A stretch of 63,672 nt of DNA from Octopus bimaculoides (lineage: Eukaryota). The stretch is from NCBI RefSeq assembly GCF_001194135.2, contig NC_068999.1:20887571-20951242 (forward strand), in the 5' to 3' direction. The notes beneath the pieces are model-generated. The model saw only the letters and a program-made list of their open reading frames with translations, made no database searches and was not told where the DNA came from. Position 1 is the first letter of the stretch. Each line of letters opens with the position of its first letter. This document shows positions 54,337 to 63,672 of the stretch, one piece after another. The translations under genes and the position numbers were made by a program.

Positions 54337-54580
54337 TTGGGATTCGATTCAATAATGAACACCCAATTATCCAGGGTCATCGAGGTGAATATGACTTATT
54401 AAATGATGTTTTCCTATCGAAATGTAATGCAGAAAAATGGCAACTGCCGTTTTTGATATGCATATGTGCCTTGAGAGAACTAATAAACAGCCGAAGTCTT
54501 CTTTTATGTTGCGAAGTTTACGGTCATGTAAAATTAAACGGGCAAAAATGCCATCCTAAGAAGTGTTAACTAGCTTCGAA

Positions 54581-54615
<35 letters not shown>

Positions 54616-54999
54616 TNNNNNNNNNNNNNNNNNNNNNNNNNNNNNNNNNNNNNNNNNNNNNNNNNNNNNNNNNNNNNNNNNNNNNNNNNNNNNNNNNNNN
54701 NNNNNNNNNNNNNNNNNNNNNNNNNNNNNNNNNNNNNNNNNNNNNNNNNNNNNNNNNNNNNNNNNNNNNNNNNNNNNNNNNNNNNNNNNNNNNNNNNNNN
54801 NNNNNNNNNNNNNNNNNNNNNNNNNNNNNNNNNNNNNNNNNNNNNNNNNNNNNNNNNNNNNNNNNNNNNNNNNNNNNNNNNNNNNNNNNNNNNNNNNNNN
54901 NNNNNNNNNNNNNNNNNNNNNNNNNNNNNNNNNNNNNNNNNNNNNNNNNNNNNNNNNNNNNNNNNNNNNNNNNNNNNNNNNNNNNNNNNNNNNNNATAC

Positions 55000-55165
55000 A
55001 TAGGTACAGTCGTAGGTGTGTGGTTAAAAGCGTGCTTCCCAACCATATGGTTCCAAGTTCAAAGTTTAGTCTCACTGTCTTCTACTATACCCTCGGGCCG
55101 ACCAAAACCTTGTGAATGGAGGTTAGTAGTTGGAATCTGAAAGAAACCCGTTGTACGCACAGACA
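55000..55165 (+). mobile_element. OR1-like SINE head half
   Basis: GTGTGTGGTTAAAAGCGTGCTTCCCAACCATATGGTTCCAAGTTCA..GTCTTCTACTATACCCTCGGGCCGACCAAAACCTTGTGA. Confidence 0.8.
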
Positions 55166-55349
55166 CACACACGCACATTTATATATGTGTGTGTGTATGT
55201 GTGTGTGTGATGTAATATAGATCTTCGTCCACTTCGTATGTGATTGTCAGCACTGCAACATTCTTGTCACCGCTATTCTATCGTGGCCGTATTGTGTATC
55301 TTATTATCTTTGACTTACCAAACGTGTTATCAATTAGAAGTTACCGGCA

Positions 55350-56778
55350 TAAGTTGGAGACCGTACCAAAATTATGCAAATTAATAGTCCAAAGGGATGA
55401 TCATCTGACTGGTCATACTGAACCGTTTTGTTTAATAATCGAGCATTTTTGCACATTATTTCAGTATGGGAAAGCGTCGTAGTATCATCCCGGTTACTAA
55501 ATCAAAGATCATCTTGCTTCATCAGCAAAATGTATCCTCTATGAACATTGGCAGGCAATTGTGATGCAGCAAAACGGCTTGCGTTCAAGCATGGAAGCTT
55601 TACCAAGCCACTGACCAATATAAAGATTGGCAAAGAACGGGCGCTTTAAGAAAAACAACACTACAGATGGATCGGTAATTCATATGCCGTCTGAAGGTAA
55701 TCGAATGCTAACAGCAGAAGACATTTGCAAGCAATTCTCTGATGCAACTGACATCAGCTTTATACCATAAAATGTCTGAAACCACCTAAAAACAAATTTG
55801 GACAGTTCAGCCGGATTGCTTGAAGGAAGCCGAAAATTTCCGAGACGAACCGACGGTAGCAGATCGAGTTTGCTAAAAGCCACATTGAACAGACAGCCGA
55901 AGACTGGTCAAAAATAGGAGCGACGAATCCCTCTTCTGCATCTTTGGATCAGACAGAAAGACTTGTTAGACGCCGTCCAACTGAAGAATTCCATCCTAAG
56001 TGTGTCAAGAAAACGGCGAAAGCGGGAGGATGGGGGGTTTAATGATGTGAGCTGCGTTCAGCAGCTTAGGTGTTGGTCCAATTGCTCAGGTTGATGGCAG
56101 ACTGAACTGTGTAGGGTAACTGCAATTAGTAAATGAAAATGTGCTGCCATATTTAAATATTAAGATGCCACGGAGATCTATTTTCCAGCAGGACAATTGA
56201 CCCGTTCATAAGGCTAGGAAAGTTTTGCAATATTTTGAGCGCAATACTATGGTACTTATTAAGTGGTCTCCGCAGAGACCGGATTTGTATCCAATAGAAA
56301 CTTTATGAACTTATGTTTTTAAAAGAGTCCATGCTAAAAAAAAGTAACAAATTTGTCCCAGTTATATAATCTTATTAAAGAAATATTGCAGAGCATTTCA
56401 AATGATGCTTGTGCTGATTTGTCGAACTCCATGCTCCGCCTTTGTAAAGCCGTAATTGAAAATAATGGCTATTGAGTTAGATACTAATAATAAATCTTTG
56501 TTCGTTGATCATTTGTGCCGTAAATTTCCAATTTAAACAAAATAATGTCGGTACGGTCTTAAACTAATTTTCTCGACAATTTTTAATCATTCAAATTAAT
56601 TGCGCATTAAGATTATTCAAATTATAGAAAGATATATAACGCCTATATCATTCTAAAGAGAAAATAATTCTACACAAACTGCAAAAAAGTAAAATAATTT
56701 TATACAGTTTTGTTAAAAATAGATTAATGAAGGAATAGAGCTGTCATCATCGGTCTTAAACTTATTTTGGACAGTGTA
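55350..56778 (+). mobile_element. Tc1 (DD34E) transposon, degraded, left end truncated
   Basis: IEFAKSH..DWSKI..SDESLFCIFGSD..VRRRPTEEFHPKCVKKT..FQQDN*PVHKARKV..KWSPQRPDLYPIETL (counted D-34-E)..CKAVIENNGY. Right end TTTTGGACAGTG-TA at 56765-56778. Confidence 0.9.
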
Positions 56779-56842
56779 TATTTATGTTTGTATGTATGTA
56801 TGTATGTATATGTATATATAAGTGTGTGCGTGTGAGTCTGTG

Positions 56843-56965
<123 letters not shown>

Positions 56966-57229
56966 GTGAGTTAAGGAAATGAGTTTCAGACAGAGGGGAG
57001 TGGGTGGGGAAGCGGAATTTCATTTATAGTTTTCTTTTTAAGTGTCCGATGGCTGACGAAAACTGCTCAGAACTGTTTACTGTTAATTTTCAAACTTTTT
57101 CATTAAATGTCTTTAAGTGCCGCGTGTGTTGATGTTTGTTTTGCAACATCTCATACTCAATATGTCATAGAAAGATACAGCAAATATCCGCTCGATTTGA
57201 ATTTCTTCCAATACGCCACATTGTCTTAG

Positions 57230-57610
57230 AGAATAGACGGACGCACTGGACAATATAGTCTTGGATACTCATATGTTGGTCTGCTCTAATTGGCACTCCG
57301 TTTGTTACGACGATGAAGGTTCTAATTCATCCGATCAGCGGAACAGTATACTCGTGAAATTAACATGCAAGTGGCCGAGGACACCAGTTATGCATAACTT
57401 TAACGTCATCCACAGTGAGATTCAGCATGATACAGAACATTATGGCACAAGGATGGCGCTTTGAAATACAGGTACTGTTCATTTTTACCAGTTGAGTGGA
57501 CTGGAGCAACATAGATTTGTGTCTTGCTCAAGGGTACAACTCGCCGCTGGAAATGGAACTCACAACCTTAAGACTGAGAGCCGCTATCGCTAACCATTAA
57601 TCCACACGCT
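57230..57610 (-). mobile_element. CORE-type SINE (OR2-like), near full length
   Basis: Minus-strand head GTGTGGATTAATGGTTAG..GTGAGTTCCATTTCC, CORE-like TTGTACCCTTGAGCAAGACAC; plus-strand body GATCAGCGGAACAG..CTCGTGAAATTAACATGCAAGTGGCCGAG. Confidence 0.8.
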
Positions 57611-58793
57611 ATCTCTTGGTCTACTGTAATCTGGTATATATGTGATCAGAGACCGGCTCACTCAGCGCTAGTTCAGATTTTAAACAACAAGAGAAGCACT
57701 ACATTACTCCTTCGACAGAGTTATAAAATATCAAACAGCCTATGAATTCTACTCAAAATCCTATGAGGGTCTACCTTCACCTCAACCTAACGGAAACATC
57801 ATCTAAATGCACACGAATTACCTCATCCTGAAAAGAACGTATTATTTGACAGAGTAGTTACAGTTATACTAAAAAAAAGACTCACTTAGTTCTCGACATC
57901 AACAACAAAAACAGTCTTAAAAATCAAATTACTTTTTACAATTACAAATTCTAGCAAATGTGAATTTCTCTATTGTCATTAGGTGATACTTTCCTTTAAA
58001 AATCGTATCCAGGATATACAACGAAACACCTTAGTGCGGCATAGTGCATTAAAATAACATTATCCAGTATTTTTTTTATAAGCTCTGTTAACGTTAGTGT
58101 CCCAAGAACTTTCCGTTTTAACAGATAATTCAATTTACTTTATTTTTTGGCCAAAGATTTTATTTTTTTTGTTATTTCATTTTGCAATTTGTAAACGATG
58201 GCGTAGTCAGTTGCAGTAACTAAAGAGTTAATCGCTGGTTCACTAATGGCGACAGTGATAAGGGAATGTCTCAAACTTAATAAATCACGTTCGCTGCTTG
58301 TAATAGAATTACTTGCAGTATTACGAGCCAATACAAGCCACTATGCAGTCGCTCGGTCTGAGAGAAATATGAGCTAAATTCCCTTGCAATCAGAGGATTG
58401 ATAATATAATCTGGGATAAACTTTGGCTGAAAAAAAATTAAGGACAGCCGAGTTTGAAATGTATTTAAATGCTGGCATGATCATTCAAGGTTGACTTTGG
58501 GGCGAAATAATGACAGCCAGAACTATAAACCACAGGTATACAGAACACAGCTTTCATACCAAACATAGTAACAGTGTTTTATTTTGTGTACAATTTGCTA
58601 AATTAATATTATGAAACCGCCTGAGAAGATATCTATGATGAAGGAGCGCGTGCAATATATTCATGCTTTGTCTTCATCCGAGCTGTGAATTTGTTGTTTG
58701 AGTTCTGTCTAATATTAGTTCCAAATTTTCCCACAAGGCCAGCAGTTCCAGAGTAGGGGTTAAGTGGGTTACATCGAAACCAGTGCTCAGCGG

Positions 58794-58838
<45 letters not shown>

Positions 58839-59063
58839 ATATTGTATTTCTAAATCTATCAAAGAGAGATGTACAGTAACAGCACAATAATGTGATGAGT
58901 TTTTGCCAACATAATGTCATAATGTGGAAATCATAGGATGGGATGAATGTTACATTTAGCCCCAGTAAACATCGTTTCCAGCTGGATATACGACACAAAA
59001 AATTCTGTGTCCTAACATTTTCGAACAAGGGAGATCATCAGCTCCATCCAGCACAACCTTGCA

Positions 59064-59103
59064 CACGGACCAGGTTTCAGGGTTACTGCCCTTTATCAGC
59101 GTG
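59064..59103 (-). ncRNA. Third minimal hammerhead-like motif (G8 to A)
   Basis: Minus strand CACG-CTGATAA-AGGG cagtaa CCCT-GAAAC ctg GTC-CGTG: helix I (4 bp), helix II (4 bp, same arms as the 49.0-kb motif), GAAA, short helix III, GUC. Confidence 0.6.
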
Positions 59104-60845
59104 GAGTAGCTTGGCTAGCAAATCCAACCAAGTTACTTCATATCTCTATTCGTGAGGCATCTCGACTGAATGTAGTTTAGAACCAGCTTACTTTTCATTT
59201 CCAACTCTCATCAGGAATTTAGTGGGTTGGGTGAAGCTCCATATACACAAAATGTAGTAAGAATAAGATGCTAGCTAGCGGAATCGTTAGCGCGTCGGAC
59301 AAAACGCTCAGCGATATTTCTTCGGACTCTATGGTTTGCTTAACTATGGAAGGAAATCATAGACATAACCAAGAATTTAACATAGTGAAAGGATCTTGAG
59401 AAATACATTTTTAAGATCTTTTTATGGAACGCAGTCGAAAACGTTATTGAAATCCTTAACATGAAACAAACTGGAATGTTACCCTGCCAGGGAATGGAAT
59501 CGAAAACACAATCGGATTTTTTTAACCTAATGAAACAATACTATGGTGATCTGTCGGTTTATACACCAAGATAGAAACAATTTTAATACCTGGGAACGTA
59601 TGATATAAAATATTTAATATTATCGGGGCAGAAAACTGACAGACGAAATGATTAACAGTTATTCTTCCGGTTCTTTACATTGTGAGTTCCAGAGTCGATA
59701 GAAGTAAAACCAGTTGAGTTAGTCGATGTAGTTGTAAGAAATGGAACAAGACTAATACGAATAGTGTCAATCAGAAGAAATCTGATTGCAAACATGTTAA
59801 CCGGATTAATATTTCAGCAATATTTATCAATAAGCATGTTAATAATTCGTATGTGAACGAAAGTGTGAATTTCCGACACTTATGACTTTGTAACAAGTTA
59901 CTGATTTTCAAAGAATAGTCCACATTGGCTCACAGTATCCTTTGCATTATGGAATTAAGAAGTATAATTGGTATTATATTTCCTGTAAATATTGATTTTA
60001 CTATGTAATCATATTTGGTGACAATGCTTTTGCTGATTTCCACCAAAATTTTTTAAAAAACTGAAATAATCTTAATGAGAATCGAAACCATATCGCAACA
60101 ATTTTTCCTCTGAGAATTATCACAGCAATGAAAGGCATAATAAACGCTTTTCAATAAGATTCGATTGTTTAGGAATATAGGTTTGAGTAAATGGTCTTAG
60201 AAATGGTTGTTAAAGTAGGAATAAAACTGAACGATTATATTTGTACATATATATATATATATATATGCATAATCTATATGTACAGAATCCGCTTTCCCTC
60301 AGAGAAAATCTATGGTTTTGATTTCACGGAATCTGTAGATAATTGAATTTAAGATGAAGATAGTATTTCATATAAATAATCAGCTTCTCAGGTGGTTATA
60401 TCGAAAGATAGATAATAAATAATGTCCTATAAAACTCCAAAAATAATTATAAAGTTAAGTTATTATCAAATGATTTCATAATAATAATAAATCTAAATTC
60501 ATCATTTATCAATTTTCCATTGGAAGGACAGAAGAAATGTCTTGCCGAAGAAATTATCCAATAAAGCTATCAACTGGAAGTTTGGCCACGTGAAAGACGG
60601 ATACCTCAGAGACATATTGTATTAATACATAAAGTTGAAGATAATAATTCACAGCTATTTATATATATCCTGAAAGCTACTCTAAGAATCATCGCTTCCT
60701 TACGGAATCTTTCTAAACATATTGGAAATCATAGAATTTGCTCGGTGAAAGCATTATATATATGTGTATACATACATACGTGTATAGATACATTTTATAA
60801 ATGTGTGTTCATACACATATATATCCATGTATATGCTTATATTTA

Positions 60846-60908
<63 letters not shown>

Positions 60909-61350
60909 CCCAACGTTTATATTATGATTGTATGATTGCATGTATGTGTATATGTATGCATATGCCTGTATCTAAGCGTGTGTAATATATGTGCGCATGT
61001 ATGCATTCAGGAACTAATACAGGAAATGGCCAAACATAAAATCAGCTGCAGGCATATTTTTTTTAATTTTCCAAGTATGAGAAAGCAGATCTTACATTTC
61101 AATGGCGAATTTACAGTATAGACAATATATGCGCATCAGAATGTTTGTGTATTTGTGCGTGCATGTCTATCTACTCTTATATGCACTTGCAGACGTATGC
61201 AGATATGTTTATACATATGTATATTTATATATANNNNNNNNNNNNNNNNNNNNNNNNNNNNNNNNNNNNNNNNNNNNNNNNNNNNNNNNNNNNNNNNNNN
61301 NNNNNNNNNNNNNNNNNNNNNNNNNNNNNNNNNNNNNNNNNNNNATAATA

Positions 61351-61569
61351 TATAGTTTTAGGGAAAATAACCAAGTTTCAAGAACTCATCATCGATGAAA
61401 ATTCACTATCACATATAGAAAAATTAGCAATTAAAAGCACAATAAATGAGTATAATATAAAGCAAAGTAAATATCATTTATTGTGCTTTTAATTTTTAAT
61501 TTTTCTATATGTGATAGTGGATTTTCATCGATGAGTTCTTGAAACTTGGTTTTTTTCCCTAAAACTATA
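61351..61569. repeat. Foldback / long inverted repeat (99- and 96-bp arms, 24-nt spacer)
   Basis: 61351-61449 versus the reverse complement of 61474-61569: four substitutions and one 3-nt indel. Confidence 0.95.
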
Positions 61570-61890
61570 CATCTTATATATATTTTATCTATAAAGCTCA
61601 ATTTAATTTTAATTTTTTATAAATTGATTTTAATTGAGTTTTTACCTGTAATTTTGGATTTTGTCCCTAATATTATTATATATATATATAATAGATAAGG
61701 ATAATGTATCCAAGCGGGTGCCGTTCGAGTACTCAGTTATAATTCAGGTTATGGCTAACCGCTTCCTGTTTTAAGGAGCAATTAGGATTACATGAGATGA
61801 TTAACCCCAATGTATTTCATTCGCTGAGTAAATCCTAGGTTTGCTTCGCTGAATTGAGGAAAAAATGTATGGAGTCCAAGACAATTATGT

Positions 61891-62102
61891 TCTTTTCTAC
61901 CCTAGGCACAAGGCCCGAAATTTTGGGGGAGGGGGCAGACTATTACGTCGAACCCAGTACGCGACTGGTATTTAATTTATCAACCGTGGAAGGATTAAAG
62001 GCAAAGTCGATCTCAGCGGAATTTGAACTAAGAACGTAAAGACAGATGAAATACCGCTAAGCATTTCGCCCGGCGTGCTAACGTTTCTGCCAGCTCGCCG
62101 CC
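61891..62102 (-). mobile_element. Full-length tRNA-head SINE family 2 (OK-like)
   Basis: Minus strand GGCGGCGAGCTGGCAGAAACGTTAGCACGCCGGGCGAAATGCTTAGCGG..AGTTCAAATTCCGCTGAGATCGACTTTGCCTTT..GGGCCTTGTGCCTAGGGTAGAAAAGAA; A- and B-box-like motifs. Confidence 0.9.
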
Positions 62103-63553
62103 CTCAAGATAATTATAATGAATACGGAGAATTAGTACATCTGCATATTCTATTCTACAATTAATTATACAGCTTCTTTGATTTTTAAGTGTCCCACGAA
62201 TATTTTTTCTGCTTAGACATCTCGCAATTGAATTTCCATGTATTTTTTTTCCACTGGATATAGTCTATGATACTTTATTGAAGGCCATCCTCTGACGTGG
62301 TCTAAAGCTATTTCTTCAGACCACGTCAGTAGATTGACCTTGTATAAAGTAACATAGACTGAAACTGAATTTATTCTTATGTATGTACCATCGTGGCATA
62401 ATAGCAAACGATTTTTACACTATTTGCTTATAGTCGTAAACTGGTCAATCAGATCACCTCCCGATTCGGTCCAGATATGAGATGTTGATAAACCACAAAG
62501 ATGGCGTAAAACGTATGTCCATTGATATCTCCTCAATGGGATTTGGGTCGAGTTGTCTCACCTGTCGATGCGTTTGAGGTGTTTTAACACCTTGCACTTT
62601 GAAGAAGTCCTCTCCACCGCGCTAATCTGCAGCGCCTACCGGCGAAGAAGTAGGGCACACGCATTGAGTATGTGTGGTCAATACTTTTCACATGTTTAGC
62701 GGTGCTTCTAATACATATTTGAGTACGTATAAGCGTTTATATGTTTATACAAAAATATGTACATTTGTGTGTGTAGACATGTATATCTATACATACATAT
62801 ATATGTACACGTACTTAGATGTATGCACGAGTATATGCGACAGTAAGAGGAAGCGCGTGTGTACGTGTATGCGTGCATGTGTATGTGCGTGTGTGTATGT
62901 GTTTGTCTGCGTGTGTGTGTGCCCGCGCGTATGTGTGTGCTTACTAAGATATCAGCATATTTTTTCAAACATACAATGTTAAATACATAACGAAATTCAC
63001 ATTTGACGTTTTATTTATTACCTTTCTCATATTTCTTTATCAGACGTTTATGTTTGTTTCGAAACAATAAGAGACCTGTGCGTATTTGTCTGTCTCTATA
63101 ATTACTTGTACGTGTGTCTATGTCTGTTAGTTTTTTGTGTGTCTGCGTAAGTCTATTTCTTGTTAGTGTAGACTGTTTGTGTGTACATTATAAAATCACT
63201 TGCCAGTTCGTATATTGTCTCCATTATGGTTTACTATTAATATTGTATTCAGATTTTGGTACAAAGTCAGCAATTTCCGGGGAAGGGGTAAGTCGATACA
63301 TCGCCCATAGTGCTCAACTGGTGAACCACTTCCAAGAGTATTGTACGATCATAAATAACATGTTATTGCTTATTATTTCTTTGTCTAATTTATGGAAACT
63401 CAAATGTCCATATTTTGATTCAAAGGACGCGATTACCCATACCGTTTAACATAAAAAATTAACAGAAACACAAGCATTGAGTCACATACATATATGTATA
63501 AATAGATATGTACAGACATATAGACACGAACGCACGGGTACAGATACACACGC

Positions 63554-63597
<44 letters not shown>

Positions 63598-63672
63598 GAG
63601 AATATACAAAAAATAACAACAGACGAGGACAGGTGGTGTAAATAACAAAAGTATATATTAGTATGACGCTCG

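Noticed and set aside
58140-58331. 63-aa minus-strand ORF (MARNTASNS...)
   Set aside because: TTG start, and an in-frame TAG lies between it and the nearest splice acceptor.

Overview
AT-rich, microsatellite-dense eukaryotic DNA with 11 assembly gaps (about 5 kb of N, nearly all flanked by simple repeats). The SINE repertoire (tRNA-head CORE-type SINEs and a second tRNA-head family) looks cephalopod, probably Octopus; this is an inference. I find no protein-coding host gene I can support. Recognisable coding remnants are all decayed transposons: three Tc1/mariner catalytic types (DD34D mariner, DD37D-type, DD34E Tc1), Tx1-like L1 LINE pieces, four R4/Dong-like RLE LINE pieces, two Penelope GIY-YIG pieces and an RTE piece. 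There are also several MITE/foldback elements. Most notable: (1) three minimal type-I hammerhead-ribozyme-like motifs (49.0, 53.1, 59.1 kb). Two sit in a shared small repeat, keep helix II and a palindromic helix III with different sequences, and share a non-canonical C-A-UGANGA core. (2) A full-length mariner inserted at a TA inside a DD37D-type transposase; removing it restores MHTKFP. (3) A Tx1-like LINE and R4/Dong-like LINEs whose 3' ends abut trinucleotide microsatellites. (4) A near-perfect ~98-bp-arm foldback at 61.35-61.57 kb.
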